From contig JAYWIR010000011.1 in the NCBI GenBank assembly GCA_036172245.1, positions 372,001 through 436,000 of the forward strand: DNA of 64,000 nt. Reading direction: 5' to 3'. The position numbers and the translations under genes are program-made. This document shows positions 26,882 through 39,759 of this stretch, in pieces. Below the pieces are notes generated by a model that worked only from the letters and a program-made list of their open reading frames with translations, did no database searches and had not been told where the DNA came from. The stretch's first letter is position 1; the number at the start of each line of letters is the position of its first letter. The DNA is from Raillietiella orientalis (Eukaryota).

Positions 26882-27389
26882 CTTCGTCCTCTTCATCCAC
26901 GGCCGATTCCCTCAGGAGGAAGTCCTTGTATCCCTCGGGCGGGCTCAGCGTGAGGCAGGCGGGATCCTGACCGTCCAGGGTCAATCCGCGGACCGTGACC
27001 AGCTGCGGGGGTGGCGGGGTGCGCTGCTGCTGCTGCCGCCGCCGCCGCCGCCGCTGCTGCTGCTCCGCCTCCTCCTCTCTCCGCTCCTCCTCCCCCTCGT
27101 CATCGTGCTCGTCGTCGTCCTCCTCCTCTTCCTCTTCCTCCTCCTCCGCCGCCGCCTCCTCCCGCTCGTCCCCGTCCTCGTCCTCGTCCGCACACACGAC
27201 GTGATCCGACTCGATCCACGTGTTGAGGGACTCGTTGAAGCACACGCGCAGCCCCTTACGGGCGGCCGCAGCCGCCGCCGACTTCCGCAGCACCGAGCGC
27301 GGGGGCGGCTCCGGGAAGGGGACGGCCGGGGGGCTGACGGCGGCGCCGACGGTGACTTCCCCCGCCGCGGCGGCGGCCCGCGCTTTCAT
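26882..27389 (-). CDS. Coding exon 1 of the same unnamed protein
   Basis: ATG at 27389 in good context (caagATGa). Encodes MKARAAAAAGE...RSVLRK...RKGLRVCFNESLNTWIESDHVV...acidic tract...LTLSPPEGYKDFL. Donor GAAG|gtaacc at 26882/26881 is phase 1 and matches the acceptor at 25066. Confidence 0.7.
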
Positions 27390-27392
27390 CTT

Positions 27393-27393
<1 letters not shown>

Positions 27394-27426
<33 letters not shown>
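27394..27426 (-). repeat. (CCG)11 trinucleotide tract just 5' of the start codon
   Basis: Eleven perfect CGG units on the plus strand at 27394-27426, ending 4 nt before the ATG. A (GAC)~8 tract lies at 27439-27462. Confidence 0.9.
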
Positions 27427-27428
<2 letters not shown>

Positions 27429-27645
27429 ACGAGGTCGCTCGTCGTCGTCGTCGTCGTCGTCGTGCGGGTGGTCAGGTGGGGCCGGGGAGGGCGGACGACC
27501 AGGCTGTGGGGAGCGGCGGGCACGCGGGGCGGGCGGGCTCGATGCACTCGTTCCCGGGACGGGGGGACCCGTCGACTGCCGCCCGAGCGGGACGCGGCGG
27601 CGGTCGATACTCCGCGCCCGCCGCGCAGCTGCGGCGGAGAGAGCG

Positions 27646-27780
27646 CGAAGTACAGGTGCGGCCGGTGACGTCACGGGCGGCGACGACGGACCGCCGCCGC
27701 GATCCCCTGGCGGCGACGAGGAAGACGGGGAGAGACGAGTGAAGTACAGGTGCGGGGCACCGATGACGTCACGGGCGGCG
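27646..27780. promoter_or_regulatory. Duplicated ~35-bp module, each copy with a full CRE (TGACGTCA) and an E-box (CAGGTG)
   Basis: gaagtacaggtgcgg...tgacgtcacgggcggcg occurs twice. CREs at 27666-27673 and 27764-27771, 280-380 bp upstream of the ATG at 27389. Confidence 0.55.
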
Positions 27781-30700
27781 GAGTAGGTGGCGCCGCCGGG
27801 GTTCCCCTCCTCCTACTCCCCTCTCCCGGCGTTCTCCTGTGGGGACGCGAGGAAAAGGGAAACGGAGGCTGGGGAGCGGAGCCGGGAACGAAACCGGGAG
27901 CCGTGGAAGGCTCGTGCGAGGCGCCGGGGAATTCGAGGGAGGACAGGCGCGTGCCGGACCCGGGCGGCTAGGGGGCCACCCAAAAGGAACGGCCGCCGCC
28001 TTCCCTTACCCCTCCTTTAGGACGACGAGGCTCCCGCTGTTATTCCTTCCTTTCTTCTTTTCTCCTTTCCGCGCTTCCGGGCGGCTCGTCGCCGTGGGAG
28101 CCAGGGAAAAGGGAGAGACGGGAAGGGAGATAAGAGGACGCTTCCGCCAGAGGAGCTACCGCCTCTGATTCCCCCCCTCCCCCATACCCCCCCCCCTCCC
28201 GCCCCTTCCTTCCCCTCACCTCTATCTTATCTGCAGCGGCAGATTGCCCGCACGAGGCGCGGCCCGGCGGCGGAGAGAAGCTTCTGCCTCCATCCACCAC
28301 GCGTCGCTCCGAGCGCTCCTCCTTGCGGCCGGCCAGCTCCAGAGGAAAGGAGTGCGGCACCGCCGCGGCAGGGTCAGCAGGTGGAGTTTCGCGGCCCTCC
28401 GCGGCCCTCGCCGTCTCCCGGGGCCCTCCCCGGGAGACGGACGAGCGCCGGACTCCCCCGCCTTCCCTCCCTGGCCCCATGGGCTCGCTCGCCACCGCAG
28501 ACGGCAGGGGGTGGGTGCTCGGTGGCTCTTCCGTCCAGCTGCCTGAGACCCCTCCTCGAAGGGGAGGACGGGAGAAGGATGGAGTCCACAGGTCTCCACG
28601 ACACCCTCATGGCGTCCCATCTCCCCGAAATGCAGCCTTTCTGGTCCATATGGGCGCACGGGCACGAGTGCGCCCGCGGGCGACGATCAGCAGGGGGCGC
28701 GCGCGCGCGCGGAAAGATCGGGGCGGACGGGGTGAGGGCTCTCCAAGAAAGCGCATGCCTCGGAGAGATCTGGGTGACTGGGGGGAGGAGAGAGGAGGAA
28801 GATGATGGTAAGGTCAAGTGATGGTCTTCCTCACGCCCCCACCCCGCTCGACACGCCGCATCAGGGAGGGAGGGAGGAGAAGATGGGTCAGTCTCTCCTC
28901 ATCTCGGAGGAGTAGGTCTGGCGCCGGCACGCACTGTGGGGTGCTGACAGAAAGACGGGGTGCGAAGGGGGTCGCTTGCGCTGCAGGGGAGGAGGAAGGG
29001 AGGGGATGACCTCGAGGAAACGAACTCCTCAGCCTCCGCAGGCTCGGCGCGCCTCAGGGCGGGGCAGGCTGCAGTGCCTTGCCGATGCGCAGCATCCGGG
29101 GGCTCCCGCCTCTCCTCAGAGACGGCTTGGAGGGGTGGGAAGGGGAAGAGAGGCGGCGGCGGGGACCACGGTGGGAGGAGTCACGTTGCGCAGACCTGCC
29201 AGCTGGCCCTGAGGGCGCACCCGCCAGTCTTCCTCCCTCTCCGCAGCAGCAGTGCCGTGGACGGCAGCGGCAGCTAGCGGCAGTCCGACCCCTCTCTCGG
29301 GCAGGCTCTGGGTAGTGGGGAGTACTGGCCCCGGGCGGGCCAGGACGTTCGTGTGTCACCGGTGTTTCCGGGGCTCTACCCCTCCAAACGCGGGGAGGCG
29401 GCTGGGAGCGGACGCGAGTGGCGCCCACTTGGCGCTCTCGGGGAGCAGCGCACGAGAGAGGAGGAAGAGGTAAAGTCAGCGCGCCAGTTGGGCAGCCAGA
29501 GAGCTCCTGTCGCCCGGATGAGCCCATAGGGAGTGCCCGCCAGCGTGGCCCGGTGGAGACTGCAGAACCAGGAAGAGGGAGGACGGAGAGGGCAGGGAAG
29601 CTCGTCCCCCATGGAGGGGACGAACACAGGAAGCCGGGCAACCCTGCCGGTTCCTCCCTTTCCCTCCCGATTCTTCCTCTGAGGACTCCTCCCCTCCCTA
29701 CCCCCCTCATCCTCTGATGGAGGGCTGAGGAGCCGCCGAGGCGAATCGGGAGCCGTCGGCCTCTCGATTTGCCCAAGCGACCTGCCTGGGGCGGTGCGAC
29801 TGCAGAGGATCGCCGCGCGCCTCCAGTGCCAACAGGAAGCTCCAGTCGAAAGAGTCAGCGCGGGAGTTCCCCGTTCGTCCCGTTGCCGTGGAGACCCTTC
29901 CTTGCTGTGTGGAGAGACTACGTCCTCGACTACCGCCCCACCACCGGAGAGGAATGAGGGCGGGGAAGACCCCACGGGAGGTCCTCGGGCATGGTCTCCA
30001 GCACGCCTAGGGGCGGAGGGGGTGGAACGGACTTCCAGGATCTCCCTCCGGCACCGTCGTCTCTCTTGGGACGTGACGCGGGGGGCGGTCCCGCCGCGAC
30101 CACCGTACAGGAGGCTACCGCAGTGCCCCTGGCGCCGGCAACGAGCGGCAGCACCCCACCCCCCCCAGCTTCCGTGCCGGGTGGGCGCGGCCGAGCATCC
30201 GAGCGTGCACGGATGCTGCGCATCAGCTCAGCCTCGTCGCCGCCGATCCGCCTGACAGCGCGGAGGGCACGCGGTGGCGCCCGCCGAAAAGAACGGACGG
30301 CTTCTCGGCCGTGACGACGGGCGCGCGAGCAATCCGTTCCCCTTGGAAAAGGCCGCCGTCGCGCCTCGCGCGTTTCCAGGCCACTCGCAGCACGGTGTCG
30401 CCCCTGACATCTCGTCCCGTTAGTCCACCCCCTCCCTCGACTGGGTACGGCAGTGCCGCATCCCTTCCTGCCAATGGGGACGCCAGGGGGCCCTCGGAGG
30501 CAGTTGCTCTCTGCTCTTCAGGTGGGCGGCGGGGGCCAGCTTCTTCCTGGAGAGGTGAGCAGGGAAGGGGTGAATGTTGGCAAGTGCTGGAGGGCGAGCA
30601 AAGCGGGAGCGTATCCTTGGCGAAGCTTGCTGACCCACGGCTACCGGCTGGTCGTCTCTTCGGCCCAAGCCCGCGAGGACGCCAGGAGCGCCGCCTCCAT

Positions 30701-32399
30701 GGAAACCGCTGTATCCGGCGGGAGCCTCGCCATATTCTCGAGTTTCCCGGACGGGGGAACGGGACTCCTGCCTGTCCCCCCCGAAAGGGAGGAGGTCGGG
30801 CGCCGAGCTCGCCCCTGTGCGCGCCCTTCCTCCGCCACCTTTGAGAGCATTCGCCCTCCTTCCCGGTCGCAAGGAAGGAGTAGGGAGGATCTGCTTACCT
30901 GCTCCGCGCTCCCACTGGTGGCTTCCCCGGAAGGACGAGAAGGAGGGGGTGGAAGGGAGGTGGGAAGGAGGGGTGCCCGGGGTGCCCCTCCCCCTCCCAA
31001 CAGAACGACCAACTCCAGGGTTCGACACTGGCGGAGGGCGCCACCCCCGCGGACGACGGCGGAAGTCGGGGCGCTCTCGCCTCCCGGCAGTGACCCCGGG
31101 GGATCCCTCTGGGAGCAGGTGCTTCCTCCGCCCCCGCCCGTCACGATCGGAAGCAAAAAGGAGCGAAGGGCGCGGGAAGGGACAGAGCCAACAAATGTGT
31201 CGGACGGTGGCGACCCCTCGACCTCCCGCGCTGCGCGAGGGAGGGGGAGGGGAAAACCTGGTTCTCAGGGCACCTGGCCCCGGGTCGGCCCTGCAGCCCC
31301 AGCACGGGGCTCAGCTTTTACCCTCCCCAATCTCCCCACTGGGACCGCTTGGCCCCGTTGTCCAGGCGAGGAGACAGGGGGGCATTTGGTGGACGCGCGT
31401 TCGCCTCCGCCACCCTGGCGCCCCCCGCTCCGAGAGAACTACTCCAAAGGGGATCCTCCCCGCCCCTGCCTGGGGGTCCTCATGGCACGCGAGGCAGTGG
31501 CACGCTCATCCACTCTGAGGCGGGAATTCCTGAGCTCCGAGGGCGTCTTTACGCCCTCCTTTGCAAGTATGGGAGGGAAGGGAAGCGCTTCGAGGGTGGG
31601 AGACCAGGGGCACCCCAAAAGCCCCCTCTGTAGAGAGCGAGGCGTGTACTCGCCTAAAGGAAAGTCTGGTCAGGGTGAGAGCGTGGATCCTGCCCCTCGC
31701 GACCCAGGACCTCCATGCCGCGTGCAATCTTCTTGCCGGCAGGGAGCGGGTGAGGAGACAAAGACCAATCTCCCTCGAGATGTCTTTTTCCCAACCCAAC
31801 CCCTTTCCCTTCTCGAAGCCGGGAGCCGGCTGGTAGCGGGTCGCCGCCCCTGGCCACCCACGGGGGTCCACTGCCAAGGGCGACCCTTACAATCGTGAGC
31901 TCCGCAATTAGTAGATTTTCCGTGCGGCGGAAGCGCAGGAGGGCGGCTCAGTCGAAAGGGGAGGGAGCAGGCCGCAGGCTTCCCCGCTGGGCCGGCGCGA
32001 CCCTCGGTCCCCAGCCAGCCGATCACTTCCGTCAACAGGCGCCCGACCGCTGCCACGGTCAGCCTTCCGTCGCTCGCTCGAAGCTCTCCCACTCGCCGTC
32101 CGTCGAGGATCGATGCCAGCAGCAGCAGCAGCTGGAGGACGGAAACGGACCCCCTGAGGGAGAGGACCGGAACGGAAGACTTTCCGAGCGGAAGGGAAGT
32201 CCTCTGAGGCACTCAGAGAGGTGCGAGCGGTCGCAGGAATTTGGAAGTCTCGTGGCTACTATCGGGGTACGCAGGGCGACCGTTGGAGATCTCCTGGAAA
32301 CTGTTGAAGATTTCGTGGCGACCGTCGGAGGAGGCGAGGCGACTGCTGAAATTGCTTTTGGGATTGTTAAAGAATTTGAGGCAATCGACTGTCGTGATC

Positions 32400-33650
32400 C
32401 GTCTCCACCACGACCAGCATCTTGACGCCCTGCGTCGGCCCTGGTTCTGCCCCACCCTGCCCTACAACCCAGTTCGGAAGCTGCGATGGAGAAGTGCCGT
32501 TCTCACACACAGCCTTTGCCTCCCACGCGCTCAAATGTCTGAAAGAAAGCGCAACCTCCAGCCGGCGATCCGAGGTCGATCCCTCCTGCTGGGTGTCCCT
32601 GGAGCACCCCTGCCACAGCGCCCTCCTTCCTGGTCGGCGTTCCGAGAATCCTTTTTGGGGGAGACCCCGCAGGGCGCCGCTCCCCAAGCCACAGCCGTGT
32701 GGCACACCCACCTGCGTGGCAACCGGTCCATCCCTCACCTCCGTCCCTCCCGGCGGCGATTCTTTCCCAAAGATGTCGCTTGCATGCCGACGGCTTTTCT
32801 CCCTTTGCGTCCGGTGAGCACTTTTCAGCAGAAAAGTTGGATATTCCAACAAAGGGACGGAAGGGGGAGGGTGACCCCCCTACCCAGCCCCGTCGTGGCG
32901 GGCGGACGTTCGAACGACGGCGGCACCCCTTCAGCAGTGCACGGGCAGGTGGTCCGCAGCCGCTCTTCCGTGGCGAGTTTTCTGAGGCGGTCGTCTTTCG
33001 AGACCGGCCCGTGGCGACCGTTCCCATGGTGCGCTCCCGACGGTGATCTTATGATCTTCCACGCGGGGAAACTTTTCCGGCAGCGGCTCTCCCAGGGTGC
33101 GCTGCCGCGGCCGCTCTTCTATAATCCACAGCGACATTCACAGACCCTTCCCCCCTCACCCTCGCCAACAGACAGGGCCCTCCCCAGGGTGGTCGGGAAC
33201 CTTTCCGTGACGCACGGCTATCACCTCCGACGATCCATAGTGGCAACCGCGTCGCAGTGACTTCCTCTCCGCAATGATAGATCCTTGACAGAGAGGACAG
33301 TGGCTTTCCTGTGGGACTCGCAGCAGCTCGCCTACGGCGCGCAGCGATCGCTGCCCGTGCGGACCGCCGTCCTGCGATTCGAACGCTGACGTCCGCCTGC
33401 TCTTGAAAGGCAAGTTCCATCCCAAGCAATGCCATGGGATCCCATGACCACCCGGGAGCTGCGGAAAGACGTCCTTGTGCTTGCCGTTCTCCTTCTTCCC
33501 CTCGCGCATCCAGGAGCGGCTCGCGGAGAAGCCCGCAGGAGCCTCTTGAGAACGGCGGGGAACGCAGTCGGCACGATCGTCCGAGGCGGTTGACGCTACC
33601 ATCCACCCTCCACTCCCCATCCATCCACAAAAGGCGTGGGAACCAAAAGG
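32400..33650 (-). mobile_element. Decayed L1-like ORF2 fragment
   Basis: CKRHLWE (~32765-32785) resembles the L1 RxFLW motif. Composition matches the other remnants. Confidence 0.3.
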
Positions 33651-36379
33651 GACGGCGGGGAGCCGGGGAGGTGGAGCGCTGCCCCCCGGGGCAAAGCAGC
33701 GGTTTCGCTCAGGCGCCACGGAGACGTTCGCCAAGCGACGATAGACGGCAGCAGCGGGCGGTTCCGATGGGGGTCCGACGATCCGGCGTACCTCCCGGAA
33801 GCGGTTCGAGGGGAGAGTCTCGGGAGGGGGTAGGGAGGTTTGCTGCTTCCCTGCACTGCCCTTCGGACGGGGAGCGACGACTCCCGCGGCTGGGGGAACG
33901 CCGTGAAGGCGAGGGGTAATGCGCGCAGTCGCCCTTCGCGCACGTTACGGGACGCGAAGAGGAGACGGGGTGGTCCCGGAGCACCCCAGACTCGGAGCCC
34001 CGAGGTAAGAGCTTCCCGGCCGGACGCCCTCGGGCACGACCGGACGGATGCACCGGCTTCCCGAGGCTGCCTGAGGCTCGCGAGTCAGCGCCCAGCCGAT
34101 AGGCCACGTTAGACTTGCCCGTTCGGGAGACGTCGCGCCGGGGAAAGAGGGCCTCGCCCTCCCCTCACCCCGTTGCGTCCCGGCTACGTCTCCAAGGTCT
34201 CGCGTCGCAGGGGATCCATCACGGGGCTGGACGCCCTATTCGCCGGGAGCAGGGGGCTGCCCTTCGGGGGAAGAGGTTTGGACGCCCTTTGGGTCTCGCA
34301 GAGCACCCGTGCGTGGGCGCGGGAGAAACGCAGGCTGGGGCAAGGGGGCTCTGTCTCTCAGCCCTCGCTGCGGCCCCGAGCAAGAGTCCCTAGCGCATCC
34401 CGCGTGCCTCCTCCTCCTCGCTCGAAACCCGCTGCAGCTCCTGCAGACCAGGACGAGTTTCTCGACTAGCATGGGGGAAGGAGGTGTAGGGGATGCAAGT
34501 GAGTGGGCGCCTGGGCGCCCTCGGCGCCCGCCTGCTTCGCCCACTCGAGTGCAGCTTCCCCCACTCACGCGGGGGCAGCTGCACTCGGCGCTGGAGTGTT
34601 ACCGGGAACCATCGAAGAAGGAACTGCCTGCTGCGTCGCGGAGGTGCCAGCTGAGGGCCTGGCGCTGTGGTGGCGCCTCTGAGCTGGTGCGAAGGGACGA
34701 TGGGAACGTACGATGGCGCAGGGGGCGACACAGCTCCGTGCGGAGAGAGGAAGGGACCGAGTAGGTGGTCTCCTTCCTCCAAAGGTCACGGAAGAAGATG
34801 GCGGATGTTCCCGGTTCAGGAATCCTTTCCGCGCCCGCCCTAGAAGAGCCGATGCCCGTTTCGGAGGACTGACTCCACCGGGAGATCAACAGAGGCAAAG
34901 ACCAGGAAGTTGGGCGTAGACTGCCGATGGCGTTCGCTTTTTTCGTCTTTTTGTCCCCCTTCTCTTTTTTTGGCTCTTCCCGCCTGACCTGGATAGCAGG
35001 ATCGGGGAAGCGAGGTTTCCCGGAAACCGGATTGAGCGGCTTCTTCAAGAAGCAGCTTTGACTCCGGTGTGGATGCAGACCTCGCGCGCGCGCGGTCAGG
35101 GGGGAGGAAGGAGTCCGATGCCAAGATCCCCCCTTCCACACTCCGGTGCGTGAGCCTCGTTCGACGCGGTGGCTGCTTTCTCCAGCCAGCGTCGCGGGAA
35201 GCCTCTGCCATCTCGCGGGACAGCGGCCAACTTTTTCCCCGACTGCGAGTGAAGCGACAGGGCGCGGCGGCGGCGGATGCCACCCTCTCACAGGCCCTCC
35301 CGCGGCCGCGTACGCGAGCGCAGCCGGGAGCGTCCGCGGGACTGGTGACCCGCGTGCGTGTTTCCCCGGCTACCCGAGATCGCGACACGCCCATCTCGGG
35401 AGGGCACGTTCGCCCGCCTCCTCCTGACACGAAGGTGACCTTCCTCTGCTGGACTGTGAGCGGGAACTCCCTCGCGCTTCCGGCGCGCGCGCCGCTCAAG
35501 CCCTCGTGAGCAGCAGCGGCCGACCGACGCCCGCGCGAACTGTAGCCGGTCTTCCGGGGTCCCCCGAAGCAAAGGCAGGGGAGAGGGAGCGCGTCCACGC
35601 CTACCCCCTGGCCTTTCCTGGGGCAAGGTCGGGCGGCGCTTTCGGGACCCGGAAGTGAGTGTTTGGGCGGACGGGCGAAACGGAAGGGCTCACGCCGTGG
35701 AAAGGGAGCTGTCGGATCGTTCCCCCTCGCCCGATCCCCTTTCCCTTGGCCGTTCTCCCTCTCGGCAGCGCGCACCGTCTCCGGGGGCAGCCCTGGGGAA
35801 AGGAGAAGGGTGTGACGTCCTCGTCCTGGGGAAGGGGGGGAGGGTGCGACTCCGTGACCAGTCCGCAACGTTGGCCGTGTTCCGGAGGAGGACAGAAGGA
35901 TGGGTTCGATGGCCGCTGGGGTCGGTGACCGGAGAGGGCCGACAAGAGGGGAGGAGGAAGCCAGGTTCCCTCGGGGAGAAACTCCAGCGGCGAAGGCGCG
36001 CCCTCCCGTCGCCTGGAAACCGCTCGTGTCCACTTCCTGCGCTCGCTGACCCAGCGCTTCGCGGATGAGGACATCGCAGCGCGCGCTCCAGAGGGGAAGG
36101 AGTGGCGACGGTCGGAGGTTCCGCGACCTCTGACGTCTGACCTGCTCCACGTCTTGTGGACAGGGGGAGGGAGAAGGAGACTCCAGGAGCTTCGAGCCGA
36201 ATCGCCGCGCCGCCCTAAGCACGGAGGGACGCGGTCGCCTGTCACGCTCCCGCGTCATAGGGGCGTAGGAGGGAGGGAGGACGCGCAGGACCGCCTTCCT
36301 GGCCACGCCCTCCGAAGCTGCCCCTGCGATCCGCTGCTTCGGCCTCAAATCGCTGCCGTCGCCGTCTGCGTGTCCCCGG

Positions 36380-36700
36380 TGAGGTCGTGTTCGCTCGTGC
36401 TGGAAAATGAGGCACTACGCCCTGAGCGCTACCTGCTGGCATTGAAACGAACTACCAGCACTTCCCGAGGCTGCCCTCAGATGCCGCAGCGCGCACAGAG
36501 ATACACCGAAGACATGAGGCAGCGTCAGCAGCCCGCGAGCACCCGGAATCTCTCTCAGCCCCCTGGCAAACGGAGAGAGGAGGAGAGCCTAAGGGAAGAC
36601 ACTCATTGCCCAAGAGGTTGCCACAAGGATGACTCCTCAGCTTGGTCTACCTGAAGGAAGCGGAAGGTGCGGAGTGCCTCCTGACGACTCCAACGCAAAG
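36380..36700 (+). mobile_element. Possible LTR-retrotransposon gag remnant
   Basis: LENEALR...AQRYTEDMRQRQQ loosely resembles retrotransposon gag (LxxxA...LxxRxQ). Frameshifted. Confidence 0.25.
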
Positions 36701-37999
36701 CTGCTACGACCCCCTCGTAGCCGCAGGAGGGCGGGCGACACACAACACGGTTGCCGCCACCCACCCCACGCCCCAGAGCAGCATTGTCGTGCGAGGCGTG
36801 TCCACTACGGAGACCACCGACTGGCCGTCGCAGTCTGCAGACCGCGGACGCTGTCCTTCAACTCCTTTCTGGGAGTGGAGGGCGCGTGGATCCGCAGCAG
36901 GAAGACTCACGCTTTCCTTTTAATTTTTTTTTTATCTGTCAGCTCGCGCCTGATTGGCCAGTTCTGGAGAGGGGCCGGACTGATTGGTCGGTTGGAGAAC
37001 CATGGAGACCGCAGTGCGCGCAGACGAGCAAAGGGGGAAGGAGGGGGAGGCGGAGGCGGCACTCGCATTTCGCCCATAGCATCTGGAAAAGAATGTGGGG
37101 TCCACGTGGTCGGCCCGTGCGCAACACGCGCTCCACGGGCTGGCGTGGCTGGCCGGGCGGTGGTGGAGCCGCCCTTGATGACGCTCGGAGCCCGCCAGGG
37201 GAAGGCTCTTCTTGCCCTTCCCTGTGCTTTGAGGATTCTCCAAGCGACGGTTCCCCCCCCCCCCCTCCCATCGGACATCCCCTCCGGAGGAGCAGTGTAG
37301 GTCGGAAGGGAGCGGAGAGGGACCAAAGGCTGCGTGCACCCCAACCGCAGCCACGGCGTCGCAGATTAGGAGCGATCAACCTGACGCTGCCCGGAGGTCG
37401 GGAACAATCTTTCGCAGGGGGGGAGGAGGATCGCGCCCTGCTCTCTTCCGTGCCTCCCGACCGTCGCCTCGCAGGCCGCACGCCCGGCGAAGGCGGGCGG
37501 TGGTGGCCCTCTCGTCCGTCCGGTGTCGACATCTATCGGCGGGGAGATGCATCAAAGGCCGCGCGTCTCGGGGGAAGCCGAAGGGAGCGCGGATGAAGGC
37601 GCGTGAGGTGCCTCGGTCGTCGTGGCGGGAACCGGGAGGACAGGACAGGTAGTCGCTCCCTCTGGCTCGGGAGACGACCGTTCCGCCTTGCCTGCATTTG
37701 TCGAGGAGGAGGAGGAGGAGGGGGGGTTCGTTCGGGTCCCTGTTGGCAGTTGTCGGTCCCCATGAAGAACCTCTGAAGGAGGGAGCGAAAAGCAGTCAGC
37801 CATCTGACCAAAGGGAAAGGCAGGACGCGGCCAAAGCGACTCGCCACGCGTGAGCAAAGGCCGCTCCCTCCACCCTGCAGGTGAGCTGATCCCACCCGCA
37901 GGAGATGCACGGGTGGGCCGCTGCCGCTGCCCCGCACCGCAGATGGATCCCGCTGCGGGACCGAAGGGTGCCCGCAACACCGGACACCGCGCGACCTCG

Positions 38000-38600
38000 G
38001 GCACGATGCACCGAGCCCGCACATACGTGAGCCTCCAGCGGCGAAACGGAAGTGAGGCCTCCGTGCCCTCCTGCGCTGGCGGGTAGCTGGGGTGGCCACA
38101 GTGGGGGCAGCGCCTCCCGAGCAGGGAGAGCGCCGAAGGAACTCCCTCCACGGGACGTCCGCGGGCGGTGGCTTTGGCGCTTGCCAAGGGAAGAGCAGGG
38201 GCGAAGGCAGCGCCACAGCGGCTCCTCGGAGAACCGACCGACCTTCTCCCTCCCTTGCCCTTCCTCGGCGCCCAGGAAGCAGACCAACCGCTCAGCGAGG
38301 CATAGGGAAGGTAGACCGAGCGAGGGTAAGCGGTAGGGGGTAAGGATGCAGCCTATCAAGGATGGCGTCTTCACCCCGCCCCTCGGGGCGCAGGGAAGCC
38401 GACGGAGGGCATCCTTTCCGGACTCCCTGATGGAACCTCCAGAGAGGAAGTAAATGGCCCCGAGCTGCAGATTCGAGGGAGTGGCGAACAGGAGGCCTTT
38501 TCCCGCGCGTGCGCCATCCCCTCTTCCAAGGAGCAGCACAGCCCCCCTTAAATGAACACAGTGCCTCCCGAAAAGCAGCGGTGCCGACGCGGAGTGAGAG
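38000..38600 (-). mobile_element. Decayed L1/Tx1-like APE endonuclease fragment
   Basis: RGAVLLL, LGAIYFLSGG and KVGRFS occur in the expected order for GVAIL, VYAPSG and RLDRF of L1 endonucleases. Confidence 0.45.
38177..38280 (+). repeat. Direct repeat copy 1 (104 bp; copy 2 at 39760-39863)
   Basis: Ungapped alignment with 12 mismatches by manual count. Confidence 0.9.
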
Positions 38601-39759
38601 AGGCTCACGCGACCTCCTACGGGAAGGGCCTCGCCCGTCGGACCCCCCACGCTAACCGTCCAGCCAGTGGGGTTCGGAAACGGAGGGAAAGGGGACGAGG
38701 AGGCGCCCTAGGGTCTGCTCCCCTCTCAAAGGCAACGCCCGCCGGAGAGGGGAGGGTGCACCTCCCTCTCCTGCTGGACTCAGGAGACCCCAGGGGCGCG
38801 GAGGGCGTTTCTCGGGAACGGGCACCCGCGGTCGGGCGCTGGGGCCGTGTCCTCCCTTAGAGACGGTTGCCGGGGTGGAGGCAGGAAAGGAAGGAGGGGC
38901 GCCCACCACTTCCAGCCCCTGAAAAAGCGGCAGAACGGGGCCACCCGCACGCCCTGCCTCAGGGCGCCTTGCAGGGGACGCGGTTCTGCAGCGATGACTC
39001 AGAGCGAAGTCGAGCGAAAGGGCCACGGATTCCTCGCCCTCCTCGAGGGCGGCCCCTTTCCTACCTCCCTCGGAGCGAGGAACGGCGAGCCTCGACGGAA
39101 GAGTGGGTGGTGGGTAGATGGGAGAGGCCTCGGAAGAGACGCATCGCCTGCGGAGCAAGGAAGGAGGCAGAGGTCTCGCTGCACGCGCACTTCTTGGGAA
39201 GCGACTCAGCCCGCTGGCAGTCCAGGGAGACACGAGGCCAGGAGGAAGCGGTCACTGTCGAGGGGGGGAAGTGCTAGAAAGCGCCAACGTCCCCCTTCGT
39301 CCAGGAAGAATGCGCTCCGAGTGGCGGCTGCATCCACGCGGAAGGCGCCGGGACGCGCCGCGAGATGGGCAGGCGGGGGCCGCCGATCAGGGATCCTCGC
39401 CTGCCTGCCGTCCTCCAGGGAGGAGTCGTGGCGCGCGCGCGGCGGGGAATATGAAAACGCGCAGCCTCAGGAGCCTGTGAAAAGCACTGCTCCGGGCGCT
39501 TTGTTGCCGGAGTCCTGGGAGGGAGGAAGAAGGCAGGCAAGAAAGAGCTCTCTTCTCGCCCAGACTCTGACGGGAGCGAGTAGAGCTGCGCGCCAGGGGA
39601 GCGGGATGTGTTTGAGACCCACGCTACTGCCCGGTCCAGTCCAAAGACCCCCTGGGGCAGTGGAGACCTCCGGATCGAAATTCGCCACCGGGCAGGTCAG
39701 AGGCGTCTTCCAGAAGAGGCCCTCGAGCGCCACGGTGTCGTCCGCGGTCGGCGGCGACT

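Noticed and set aside
26703..27668. 321-aa plus-strand ORF with long Leu/Val 'transmembrane' runs
   Set aside because: Antisense shadow of the acidic and trinucleotide repeats in exon 1.
27813..27836. Coding extension of exon 1 from the acceptor-like site at 27837
   Set aside because: The frame matching the downstream CDS contains TAG eight codons in, so this could only be UTR.
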